The notes below the pieces were generated by a model. It had not been told where the DNA came from and did no database searches. It saw only the letters and a list, made by a program, of their open reading frames with translations. A DNA stretch of 64,000 nt from Bacteroidota bacterium. Its GTDB lineage: Bacteria; Bacteroidota; Bacteroidia; NS11-12g; UBA955. Numbering within the stretch: the stretch's first letter is position 1; the number at the start of each line of letters is the position of its first letter. The stretch lies in the NCBI GenBank assembly GCA_947496065.1, contig CANMBF010000001.1, forward strand, positions 70,018-134,017, read 5' to 3'. The translations under genes were made by a program, and so were the position numbers. Below, piece after piece: positions 50,996 through 60,978 of this stretch.

Positions 50996-52903
50996 ATGTT
51001 ACTATTTCAACTATTTATTGGTATTGTTTTGTGTATGGCCTTGAGCTGGGTATTTTCATTTGTAATTATTTATGAAAAACCTGTTCTTAATATTGAAAAT
51101 ATTATAGTAAGGTTTGTAGTTGGAATGATGCTAATAGCATTAGTAACTTCGCTAATAGCCACCAGAGGAAATACCATTTTAATACTTGCTATACCTACCT
51201 TATGCTTCGTTGGATATTTAAATTACAAAAAAAGTATATTTAAGCATGGTTTGTTTTTCAATGCAAAAGATGCAATTGCAATTTTGATATTCTTCTCAAT
51301 AGCCTTATTGATTGCGTATTTAAATATTTATGGTGTCGAATACTTGGGAATGAAAGTTCCTGTCAACGACCAAGCGTTTTACTCAACCACCGCAAGTGGC
51401 TTGATAGATACGCATATGGAATCTACCATTGCTTATTTAGCACCTTATTATAAATATAAAACCCTTAATGTTCCCTATCATTATTTTGAATATTGGCTGA
51501 CTTATGCCGTTGTAAACCTTACCCAATTTAATACCCATTTAATTCTCAATGGGATTGTCTACGGTTTTTGTATTTTCTGTACTTTTCTTGCATTTTACGT
51601 TATACTGCGAAATTGGTTTAAAAAAGATACATTAATAATCATTATTTGTTCCGTTGTTTTTATAAGTATTCGTGGAATTCTTCATTATACTAATCAAACC
51701 AATGAAAATTTTGTGCAAGCAACGGATAGCATTTTTTTTGACTGCAATCAAAAATTAGTTTTTATTTTGCCAATGTTTCTGCTTGGTTTATACTTTGATT
51801 TAAAAAACAATGTGCAATTTGGACTTCTCCTGTTGCTACTTTTACCTGCTATGAACATTGTTTTACTACCGTCAATTTTAGGGGGAATAATAGTCTTTTT
51901 GTCATATCAATTATTAAGTAATATTCGAGCATATAAAGTATTTTTTCAATCCTATTTACTGATTATTTTAGCGATTTTATTTTTTGTGATATTGGTTGTA
52001 TTTTATCAAAAATTTATTGCCTTAAATTTAGGAAATGCAGCGATTGTGACAAGTATAGGGGGTGTGCTTAATTGCATACTTTCTAACGGATTAAAATGGG
52101 TACTGATAAATGCTATCATTTTAATTCTAATAGGAGTACTCCTACTAAAAAATGCGAATAAGGAGGCTTGGAGTATTTTTGTACTTTGTATAGGTATTGT
52201 TGGGAGCGGTATAATTGGTTATGCATTGTTTGATACCAATCAGAATGCTTGGCAAATATATTCAAGTGGGGCCAGGTTTGGTGGCTATGCACTGTATTTA
52301 TTAATTCCCTTTCTACTGGTTACTAAATCCAATTGGTTGCAGCGCTCTGTAAAAATTTTAGGCGTACTGGCTATTTTAATGTTTATTGAAAATTACAACA
52401 ACATTCAATATTTGCCAATGAAAAAAATATCTGCTTATTCTCCAACCTATATCAATGCAATTGGTAAATTTAAATTTAAAAATAAAATTGGAATAAAATA
52501 CGTTAACATTACTAATCGACCTAATTTACAAAGAAATCCAGTTTATGCGGGGGTTTGCAATTATTTGGTTTTAACACAAAATGCTACGTCTACCGTTGTA
52601 TTAAATGTGGAAGATTTGCTAATTGGAAATAAGGAAGATACTGTATACAATTTAGAAAAGCTTTCCAAGGACATTTTAAACATGGAAATTATTAATTTAT
52701 CGCCCTTTTTTAATGATTGTCAATTAAAGCGTCAAAACATAACTAAAATGGAATTATTGGCTATTCAAAAACAATTTATTTTAAGAAGAAAGCCTGAATT
52801 TTGTGTAGTTGAAAGAGGAGTCAATATACCATTATATTTAAAGATAAAATCAAAAGTAATTGATAAGGTTACAGGGGAGCAATTCCTTCTTTTGAATTAC
52901 TAA
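50996..52903 (+). CDS. Large polytopic membrane protein (635 aa; GT-C-like transferase or polymerase candidate)
   Basis: More than 12 TM segments. A decayed partial copy of its central region lies at 54586..54846. Confidence 0.5.
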   Translation: MLLFQLFIGIVLCMALSWVFSFVIIYEKPVLNIENIIVRFVVGMMLIALVTSLIATRGNTILILAIPTLCFVGYLNYKKSIFKHGLFFNAKDAIAILIFFSIALLIAYLNIYGVEYLGMKVPVNDQAFYSTTASGLIDTHMESTIAYLAPYYKYKTLNVPYHYFEYWLTYAVVNLTQFNTHLILNGIVYGFCIFCTFLAFYVILRNWFKKDTLIIIICSVVFISIRGILHYTNQTNENFVQATDSIFFDCNQKLVFILPMFLLGLYFDLKNNVQFGLLLLLLLPAMNIVLLPSILGGIIVFLSYQLLSNIRAYKVFFQSYLLIILAILFFVILVVFYQKFIALNLGNAAIVTSIGGVLNCILSNGLKWVLINAIILILIGVLLLKNANKEAWSIFVLCIGIVGSGIIGYALFDTNQNAWQIYSSGARFGGYALYLLIPFLLVTKSNWLQRSVKILGVLAILMFIENYNNIQYLPMKKISAYSPTYINAIGKFKFKNKIGIKYVNITNRPNLQRNPVYAGVCNYLVLTQNATSTVVLNVEDLLIGNKEDTVYNLEKLSKDILNMEIINLSPFFNDCQLKRQNITKMELLAIQKQFILRRKPEFCVVERGVNIPLYLKIKSKVIDKVTGEQFLLLNY

Positions 52904-52960
52904 TTTCATCTTTGGATAAAAAATACTGACAAATAGATTATAAAACTTAATAATAAGAAA

Positions 52961-53875
52961 ATGAAACTTACCATTGTGTCACCAGTATATAATGCAGAAT
53001 TAATGCTTAGGGAGTTGGTAACTAGGATTATTAAATCTAAACCAAATGATTTTGACAATTTAGAAATTCTGTTAGTTGATGATTTTAGTCCCGATAATTC
53101 ATGGCAAAAAATAGAAGAATTAGCTTTAGAATTCCCTGAAATTATAGGTATTAAGCTGAGTAGAAATTTTGGACAGCATTACGCAATCACCGCAGGACTT
53201 GACAACGCGACTGGCGCATGGATTGTGGTAATGGACTGTGATCTACAAGATCAGCCTGAAGAAATCAGTAAGCTGTATGAAAAATCGAAAGAAGGCTATG
53301 ATATAGTTTTGGCCAGTAGATTTAATAGGCAGGACTCCTTCTACAGAAGAACTGTCTCAAAATACTTTTATAAAGTGTTGGCCTATTTGACTGGAACGGA
53401 TCAGGATGCAACGATTGTAAATTTTGGTATATACAATGCAAAGGTCATTCAGTCAGTTTCAGGTATGCGAGAAAGCATAAGGTTCTTCCCTACGATGATT
53501 AAATGGGTGGGTTTTAAATCTGCAAAAGTTAATGTGGAACATTCAGACAGAAAGGAAGGAAAATCAAACTACAATCTGAAAAAAATGATGAATCTAGCGC
53601 TTGATATTATTTTAGCATTTAGCGATAAACCCTTGCGCCTAACAATAAAATTAGGATTATTGGTAGCATTTATTTCAATTTTGTTAGCTATTTTAACCTT
53701 AATCAAATGGTTAAATGGTGATATAACAGTTATTGGTTATGCAAGTTTGATTACTAGTATTTGGTTTTTGAGTGGATGTATTTTAATTACATTGGGGATA
53801 GTTGGATTATATGTAGGTAAAACATTTGAAGGAGTAAAAGGCAGACCCCTTTATATTATTGAAAAGAAAATATGA
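52961..53875 (+). CDS. GT2 polyprenyl-phosphate glycosyltransferase with C-terminal TM helices (ArnC/GtrB-like)
   Basis: LTIVSPVYNAE, a DCDLQD DxD motif, and two C-terminal TM helices as in ArnC/GtrB. Confidence 0.8.
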   Translation: MKLTIVSPVYNAELMLRELVTRIIKSKPNDFDNLEILLVDDFSPDNSWQKIEELALEFPEIIGIKLSRNFGQHYAITAGLDNATGAWIVVMDCDLQDQPEEISKLYEKSKEGYDIVLASRFNRQDSFYRRTVSKYFYKVLAYLTGTDQDATIVNFGIYNAKVIQSVSGMRESIRFFPTMIKWVGFKSAKVNVEHSDRKEGKSNYNLKKMMNLALDIILAFSDKPLRLTIKLGLLVAFISILLAILTLIKWLNGDITVIGYASLITSIWFLSGCILITLGIVGLYVGKTFEGVKGRPLYIIEKKI

Positions 53876-54549
53876 TAAAAAAATTACAATGGGATACAGA
53901 TTTTTTTGGTTATCCAGTTGGTCGTATAAATACGTCTGAAACTTTTTTTAAAAAAAATACTGTTGAACTTGATAATTTTAGGCTAGTTTATCTTTTTTCC
54001 GACAAAGTTCTCGAAATTACTGATTCAAATATTTTGGAGGTTGACATAAAAACTACGCTTGTTAAGCGTATTGAAAAAAATGAGTTATACCCTTTTCACG
54101 AATCTATTTCGGAATATTCTGGGGGCCAAGATACTAAAATGAAATCACTAGCGTTAGAAAGCGGTAAATATTCTAGATTTAAAACAGATAAGAATTTTAT
54201 TAATAATGAATTTATAAAATTGTATTCAAAGTGGATCGAAGATAGTATAACAAAGGTTATCGCGGACAAATTAATCGTCTTTAGTGAAAAGACTGATATT
54301 GAAGGATTTGTTACACTTAAATTTAATACTAATTATGCTGAGATTGGACTAATTGCAGTAGACGAAAATAGCAGAGGTAAAGGAATTGCACTTGCGTTAT
54401 TGAATGCTGCTTTTAAACTCACACAATCACAAGGGTTAAATAGTATCAGAATTGTAACACAATTTAACAATACTCCAGCGATGAAATTATATCATAAAGC
54501 GGGTTTAATAACGGAAAACAAACAATATGTTTATCATATTTGGAATTAA
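53872..54549 (+). CDS. WecD-like dTDP-amino-sugar N-acetyltransferase (GNAT C-terminal domain)
   Basis: An N-terminal LQWDTDFFGYPVGRI segment resembling the WecD/RffC N-domain, and a C-terminal GNAT acetyl-CoA region (VDENSRGKGIALALL). Confidence 0.55.
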   Translation: MIKKLQWDTDFFGYPVGRINTSETFFKKNTVELDNFRLVYLFSDKVLEITDSNILEVDIKTTLVKRIEKNELYPFHESISEYSGGQDTKMKSLALESGKYSRFKTDKNFINNEFIKLYSKWIEDSITKVIADKLIVFSEKTDIEGFVTLKFNTNYAEIGLIAVDENSRGKGIALALLNAAFKLTQSQGLNSIRIVTQFNNTPAMKLYHKAGLITENKQYVYHIWN

Positions 54550-54585
54550 TAAATTTTTTTTAAAAATGATGCTTGTCGAATTTAT

Positions 54586-54846
54586 TCAAGTGCGGCTAGG
54601 TATGGCAGTTATGCTTTGTAAATGTTAATTCCCTTTCTACTGGTTAATAAATCCAATTGGTTGCCTCATTCCATAAGTATTTTAGGCTTATATTGCCATT
54701 TTATTGTTTATCGAAAAATAAAACAACATTCAATATTTTCCAATGAAAAAAATATCTGCGTATTCTCCAACCTACATTTCTGAAATAGAAAAATTTAAAT
54801 TGATTGATAAAGAAACAGCAGAAAGGGTTTTAATTATAAACGTTTA
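54586..54846 (+). pseudogene. Decayed duplicate fragment of the 50996..52903 membrane-protein gene (matches 52261..~52530)
   Basis: About 85% nucleotide identity over ~200 bp (ttcaagtg.ggc.agg...attccctttctactggtta.taaatccaattggttgc...caacattcaatatttgccaatgaaaaaaatatctgc.tattctccaaccta). It contains an in-frame stop and a frameshift. Confidence 0.6.
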
Positions 54847-54850
54847 AAGC

Positions 54851-56065
54851 GTGAAATCAAAAAATAAAATTTATTTATTCTGTCAATATTTTCCATTTTT
54901 GGGTGGGGAGCAATTTTTATTCAATGAAGTTGAATATTACCCCATAGATTCAAAAGTTATGGTTTTTATAGACCATAAAAATGAAGGCGAAAAAGCATTA
55001 TTATCTGGTAATTTTGAAATAATCAATGAGAACTATCTTAGTAAATCATCGGTAAGTCAGATATTTAAAAATTACTGGAGTTTAATATTTGAAATATTTA
55101 TATATGAAATCATTACTTCGCCACATAGATTTAAATATTTACAAAATTTTAAAACACATTTACTTCTCTTAGTTGGTTATCTTCAAAAAGCGGAGATAAT
55201 TGAAAAATATTTACCAGAATCTAATGATGGTGTAATATTATATAGTTATTGGTTTGATGAATGGGCAACCATTTTGAATTTAGTTAAAGGAATAAGCAGA
55301 AAGAAAATTAAGGTTATTTGTAGGGTGCATGCGTATGATTTTGATGAGGCGCAAGTAGTTTCAGGTTATCATCCATTTAGAAGTTTTAATTTAAAAGGAA
55401 TTGATAAAGTGTATTCAATTTCCTTCTTTGGTAAAAAATACATAGAAAAGCGCTACAGGCATAAAAAAATTGAGGTTGAAAAGCTAGGTGTTAGTGATAA
55501 GGGCATCAATCCTCTAATAATGGACGAGGCAGTGACCATAGTTTCATGTAGTTCACTTATCACCCTAAAAAGGGTTGATCTAATCATTAAGCTTCTCAAG
55601 GAAACTAAGCAAAAGGTTACCTGGGTGCACTTTGGTAATGGACCACTTGAACAAGCAATTTTAGAGGAAGCCAAATCCTTACCCCAAAACATAACTTTTG
55701 ATTACAAAGGCTTTGTTAAAAATGAAGAGATTATGGAATTCTATAAGTCAAATACAGTAAATTTATTTATTAATACAAGTGAATTAGAAGGAATTCCGGT
55801 GTCAATGATGGAAGCAATTAGTTTTGGTATTCCCATTATTGGCTGTAATATCTGCGGTGTGCCTGAAATAGTAAATTCAAAGACAGGTTTATTAATAGAA
55901 AAAGATTTTGATATCAAGGATACAGCTTTTAGAATAGAAGAATTTATGCATTCAAAGTGTAGGGACAAAGACTATCGAAATGGCGTTAAATTCTTTTGGG
56001 ATCAAAATTACAATGCCGATAAAATTTACCCTCAATTTATTAAAAATCATCTCCTAACAAAATAA
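54851..56065 (+). CDS. GT4-family glycosyltransferase
   Basis: GT-B fold with a C-terminal E-x7-E-like region (ELEGIPVSMMEAISFGIPII). It appears to use a GTG start. Confidence 0.7.
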   Translation: MKSKNKIYLFCQYFPFLGGEQFLFNEVEYYPIDSKVMVFIDHKNEGEKALLSGNFEIINENYLSKSSVSQIFKNYWSLIFEIFIYEIITSPHRFKYLQNFKTHLLLLVGYLQKAEIIEKYLPESNDGVILYSYWFDEWATILNLVKGISRKKIKVICRVHAYDFDEAQVVSGYHPFRSFNLKGIDKVYSISFFGKKYIEKRYRHKKIEVEKLGVSDKGINPLIMDEAVTIVSCSSLITLKRVDLIIKLLKETKQKVTWVHFGNGPLEQAILEEAKSLPQNITFDYKGFVKNEEIMEFYKSNTVNLFINTSELEGIPVSMMEAISFGIPIIGCNICGVPEIVNSKTGLLIEKDFDIKDTAFRIEEFMHSKCRDKDYRNGVKFFWDQNYNADKIYPQFIKNHLLTK

Positions 56066-57942
56066 TGTGCGGTATAGCTGGTTTATATAATTTTAACAAG
56101 GAAGTACAGAGCATAGAGGTACTCAAAGCCTTTACGGACGCTATGGTGCACAGGGGCCCAGATGGCAGTGGTTACGATTTACTGAACAATGAGAGAGTAG
56201 GTTTAGGGCATCGGAGATTGTCTATTTTAGATTTGACAGAAGCAGGGCATCAGCCTTTTTATTACATGGAGAGGTATTGCATGGTGTACAATGGCGAAAT
56301 ATTCAATTTTAACGCTATTAAAAGCGATTTAATAAGTAAGGGGTATACCTTTAGGTCGGAGACTGATACAGAGGTTGTGTTGGCGGCTTATGACTATTTT
56401 GGCTTAGCTTGTTTCGAACAGTTTAATGGGATGTGGGCTTTGGCTATTTGGGATGATCATAAAAAACAAATGATACTCGCTCGCGATCGATTTGGCGTCA
56501 AACCACTCTACTATTCAAAATTCAATCAAACGTTTGCTTTCGCATCCGAAACACGTGCCTTTAAATATTTAAAAGGGTTTAATCGACAAATAGATGAAAT
56601 GAATTATGAAATAACCATCCAAAACAATTATGCTTTAGAAGGATTGGGTTATACTATTTTCAAAGATATATTTCAAGTTTTACCTGGCCATTATTTAGTG
56701 ATAGATGATCAGTCAACCATTCAACAAAAAAGATGGTATGATATTCGCGAAAAGTTGAGACCTGTACCCTCAGATTATAAAAAACAAAGTTCAGAATTTT
56801 ATGAGTTGTTCAAAGATGCTTGTAGAATAAGATTAGTAAGCGATGTAAAAGTGGCTACGGCATTGAGTGGTGGACTAGATTCAAGCAGCATTTACAGCAC
56901 TGTTTTCGAAATCTTAAATACAGAAGCTAACGAACGTACTAACAAGGATTCTCAATTAGCCGTTTCAGCTATTTTTCCAGGGCTCGAAAGCGATGAACGC
57001 GCCTACGTTGAAAAGGCCATCGACTACACAAAAGGAAAAATAGAATGGGTGACTACCAATACCGCTAATTTAAGTGAAGATATAGAACATGATACCGAAT
57101 TATTTGATGGTATTTCGAACGCACCCATAACAGCCATTTCGGCCATCTACAAAGGCATGAGAAATGCTGGTATAACAGTATCATTAGATGGGCATGGGGT
57201 TGATGAAATGCTGTATGGCTATCTCTACATGGTCTATGATTTATGGCTTGAGGCGCTGAGAGAACAAAATGCCAATGAAGCACAAGCGCATGCAACAACC
57301 TTAGCGGGTTTGTACTATCCAGCCTATCAAACGGCAAAGAAAAACGAATTACTAAGCATCAATAAGCAATCGATTACTACCATCAATAAAATAAAATTGG
57401 GTGTTAAAAAAATGCTTCAAAAATCCACTACAGATTCAAAGCTTTATCAACCCATAGCTTTACCTTCCTTGAGTGATAAACCCTACGATTTCTCTGATTG
57501 CAAGACAAAGGAACGCATATTATTTTATGAATTTTTTCAAAATTCCTTACCAGCTTTGTTAAGAAATTTTGATAGGGCAGGTATGATGAACAGTGTTGAA
57601 ATTAGAATGCCATTTTTAGATTATAGGGTTGTTGAGTATATTTTTTCATTGCCTTTTGAAAGTAAAATAGGCCATGGATTTACAAAGCGTATTCTACGAG
57701 AGGCCATGTCTAATAAAATGAATGAAGAAGTTCGGACCAGAACATTTAAAGTGGGTATTGCAAGTCCATTTGAATTTTGGGCACAGAATTATTTGAAAGA
57801 ATGGTTTGAATCAATGATTTTAAAATTGGATATAGATGAACAAGCAAAATTCTCGGAATTATTAAATCAATACTTAATTAACAAAGATAAAAACCTTTTG
57901 GAGAAGTTATGGCATAGGTTGAATTTAGAACTGATTAAATGA
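56065..57942 (+). CDS. Asparagine synthase (glutamine-hydrolysing)-family amidotransferase, WbpS-like
   Basis: An N-terminal MCGIAG Ntn nucleophile and an SGGLDSS PP-loop. Confidence 0.85.
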   Translation: MCGIAGLYNFNKEVQSIEVLKAFTDAMVHRGPDGSGYDLLNNERVGLGHRRLSILDLTEAGHQPFYYMERYCMVYNGEIFNFNAIKSDLISKGYTFRSETDTEVVLAAYDYFGLACFEQFNGMWALAIWDDHKKQMILARDRFGVKPLYYSKFNQTFAFASETRAFKYLKGFNRQIDEMNYEITIQNNYALEGLGYTIFKDIFQVLPGHYLVIDDQSTIQQKRWYDIREKLRPVPSDYKKQSSEFYELFKDACRIRLVSDVKVATALSGGLDSSSIYSTVFEILNTEANERTNKDSQLAVSAIFPGLESDERAYVEKAIDYTKGKIEWVTTNTANLSEDIEHDTELFDGISNAPITAISAIYKGMRNAGITVSLDGHGVDEMLYGYLYMVYDLWLEALREQNANEAQAHATTLAGLYYPAYQTAKKNELLSINKQSITTINKIKLGVKKMLQKSTTDSKLYQPIALPSLSDKPYDFSDCKTKERILFYEFFQNSLPALLRNFDRAGMMNSVEIRMPFLDYRVVEYIFSLPFESKIGHGFTKRILREAMSNKMNEEVRTRTFKVGIASPFEFWAQNYLKEWFESMILKLDIDEQAKFSELLNQYLINKDKNLLEKLWHRLNLELIK

Positions 57943-59135
57943 TTAAATTAAAACTTTGTTATATATTTTTATCTGCAGGATTAAAAAGTGATTCAGTCCA
58001 GAAAAAAGTTATTTCTCAAATTAAAGGTTTAAATGACTCAGGAGTTGAATGCCGAGGTTTTTTTTTAACTAATGATGTCAAAGAAGAGACTGTGTTTGAT
58101 AAAAATATAATTTTAATTCCCTATCCAACTACACAAAAACGTTTCTTAAATATAATTTTTCAAAAAAAGATGTTACTTAATTTTGTGAAGAATTATTTAA
58201 CACAAAACTTAAAAACGGATGAATATATTTATTTGAGATACCCAGGCGTTTCATATGAACTTTATAAACTTGCAAAAAAATTCAAAAATAAAATTATCTC
58301 AGAGCATCAATCTAAAGAAATTGATGAGATTAAAAGTTTAAGAAATGAACATCCAATTTCTATAAATATTAGTAAGCTAATAAGTTATTTTCTTTATCAA
58401 TTATGGCCAATTTATAATGAAATTATTTGGTCCAAACCCTATTCAAAGAGGCTCCTTGCAAAAGTAGCAGTGACAAGTGAAATAGCAATATATCATAAGC
58501 GATTTTGTAAGAATGTTTGGGTTGTACCAAACGGAATTGAAACAGATAATTACAAGTTAAGGATACCACCAAAATTAGAGAAGAAAATAAAAATAATATT
58601 TCTTAAAGGCACTTCTGGACATGCGCCATGGAACGGATTAGATAGATTAATTAATAGCATTGATAATTATTTTCATAGAGATAATTTAGATTTAATCATT
58701 TGTGGAAGCATAATAGAAGGTGAAATACCTTTTCGTGACTATATTGCACTAACGGGCTATCTCAATTCAGAAGAATTAGATCGTTTAATTTCTAGTGTTC
58801 ATTTTGGATTCTCCACACTTTGCCTATTCAGAAAGCACCTTAATGAAGCTGCAGTATTGAAGGCGAGAGAGTATTTTGCACGAGGCATACCATTTGTTTA
58901 TGGTTATACTGACCCTGATTTGGAAAATTTAAAAAGTGCAAAAAAGTATTCCTTTAAAGTGAGCAATGATGATACCCTTATAAATTTTGATGAGGTAATA
59001 AATTTTGTCAAAAATGTGTATACCGATCCATTATATGCTACAAAAATGAGAACCATAGCAATAGAAAACTTGGATTGGAAAGCAAAAATGAATCAACTTA
59101 AAATCAACATAATTCAACAAATTAATAATGCTTAA
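57939..59135 (+). CDS. Hypothetical protein, GT-B-like glycosyltransferase candidate
   Basis: 398 aa; assigned by architecture only. Confidence 0.4.
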   Translation: MIKLKLCYIFLSAGLKSDSVQKKVISQIKGLNDSGVECRGFFLTNDVKEETVFDKNIILIPYPTTQKRFLNIIFQKKMLLNFVKNYLTQNLKTDEYIYLRYPGVSYELYKLAKKFKNKIISEHQSKEIDEIKSLRNEHPISINISKLISYFLYQLWPIYNEIIWSKPYSKRLLAKVAVTSEIAIYHKRFCKNVWVVPNGIETDNYKLRIPPKLEKKIKIIFLKGTSGHAPWNGLDRLINSIDNYFHRDNLDLIICGSIIEGEIPFRDYIALTGYLNSEELDRLISSVHFGFSTLCLFRKHLNEAAVLKAREYFARGIPFVYGYTDPDLENLKSAKKYSFKVSNDDTLINFDEVINFVKNVYTDPLYATKMRTIAIENLDWKAKMNQLKINIIQQINNA

Positions 59136-60690
59136 ATATTTTAAACTTGATTTACTTTTTTTGCTTGGTTTAACCATTACAGCAGGTGTAATTAATTTGC
59201 AATTATTAGACAACTCAAATATTAATTTTGCTTTAACGGGGCATGATGAATATTTAACAGTAAGAGAGGTCTATTCAATTTTAAATCCGCTGTCATGGAA
59301 ACATTTCTTGATGGCCATTATTTCGGGCGATGTGCTCTATTACGGAAGAATTATGTTTTATACCGATGCCCTATTTGCATGGATTCCGTATAAAATGTTT
59401 GGAATAACAGGTTTAGTTTATAGTATCAGGATGCTTCATACCTTAATGGTCATTGCTGGACTTGTATTACTCGGTCGAACCTATTTAAAAGATTGGAAGT
59501 ACCGATTGTTGTTTTATGTGGCCACAGCGACCCTTTATTATACGGCCTATTTCTTTATGGTTCCAAAGCCTGAGCCTATTCAGTTATTAACTTTAGCATT
59601 GTTTTTTTATTTCTTTAAGAAGAATAACTATCAATTTGGAAAATACTTTATTCTGTTAGGCATTGCCTATGGTATAAAGTTTAATGTTCTAACCATCCTA
59701 CCAATTCTATTTATTATCCCCTTTTTATTTCAAACCATCAATCTTCAACTCATAAAGAAATGTGGAATAAGCATCGTTTATTTCTTTATCGGATTGATAA
59801 TAGCAGTGCCTTGTCTCTTATTAGCACCTGTAAAACCTATTTTTATCAAAAGTTATTTAAATGCCACTTTTGCCAATACCGGGCAATACGATGATGACAG
59901 CAGTGTCGGCATCATGGATTGGTTAAGTGATGGCTTTTTTGGGGCATACAATGGCGGATGGTTGTTTGGCGCATTGTTAATTGGGTTTGTTATGCTTGTT
60001 ATTTATTCCGGCACTAAAAGTTTGATAAAAAATAAATTAATGCCAACAGATTTACTTTTTTTGTGCATTGGCTTATTCCTCATTTTACCTGTCATTGTAT
60101 TCACTGGAAGACTTTGGCCCCATTATCTTTGGACAGGATACCTATTGTTGATTTTAGGTTGTATAATTTTTATTCAATCGGCTGATAGGTCTAAGTTATT
60201 ACACAAAATAAGTTTGTATGTTTTTTTAATAATAATTGCAGGTTCCGTTTATTGCTCGGGTCAACAAGAAAAAAAACTATTCTTTCTGAATACACAGACG
60301 AAAGAATTAAATACCAATGGCAAACAAGCCTATGACTACTTGAAGGGGATGCATGAAAATTTTATTGCCATCCAAGATCTTTCAGTTCCTTATCCTTTTA
60401 CTAATATGCTCGAAGTTGGCCGATACAATCCATTTGCAGCATTTAAACAGCCTCAAGTGGAACAGCAGTTTATTTGGTCGGGTTTTATAAGTCCCCAAAT
60501 TATTAACGAAAACCAAGCCGATTTCGTCATTACAAACAATATTAACTTTGCCGATACCCTTATTAATTTACAAACGAATAAAGACAAGCTGACCGTAAAT
60601 AATAATAAATTAATGCATTCGGAACTCGGTAAAACCATCAAAATGGATACCACTTTTGGTGAAATTAAAATATATAAAATTATAAAATAG
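59128..60690 (+). CDS. Polytopic membrane protein with C-terminal soluble domain (paralog family; GT-C-like suspected)
   Basis: 520 aa with more than 12 TM segments. An HDE cluster lies in the first external loop. The C-terminal domain resembles the other paralogs. Confidence 0.5.
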   Translation: MLKYFKLDLLFLLGLTITAGVINLQLLDNSNINFALTGHDEYLTVREVYSILNPLSWKHFLMAIISGDVLYYGRIMFYTDALFAWIPYKMFGITGLVYSIRMLHTLMVIAGLVLLGRTYLKDWKYRLLFYVATATLYYTAYFFMVPKPEPIQLLTLALFFYFFKKNNYQFGKYFILLGIAYGIKFNVLTILPILFIIPFLFQTINLQLIKKCGISIVYFFIGLIIAVPCLLLAPVKPIFIKSYLNATFANTGQYDDDSSVGIMDWLSDGFFGAYNGGWLFGALLIGFVMLVIYSGTKSLIKNKLMPTDLLFLCIGLFLILPVIVFTGRLWPHYLWTGYLLLILGCIIFIQSADRSKLLHKISLYVFLIIIAGSVYCSGQQEKKLFFLNTQTKELNTNGKQAYDYLKGMHENFIAIQDLSVPYPFTNMLEVGRYNPFAAFKQPQVEQQFIWSGFISPQIINENQADFVITNNINFADTLINLQTNKDKLTVNNNKLMHSELGKTIKMDTTFGEIKIYKIIK

Positions 60691-60978
60691 AAGGTTCCCT
60701 ATAGAATACTAATATTGTTATCAGTTCAATTTAGGTTATCAATCCTTGTTCTATGTACCCAACGAAAGTTTTCCTTTAGATATTGCAAACACTCATTTAG
60801 ACGCATAATATGTTCGCAAAAACCATGGTTTTAAGACCTTTTTTTAAATCTCAAATGGAAATGGATGAAAAAACATTTTTTGATGGCCATGGGTTAAATC
60901 AATACAGGTATAATAAAATCAATAGCCATACAGGCAAAGCAAAAATTTTAAAAAAGTAAAAAGCATACAGTAAAAAAT

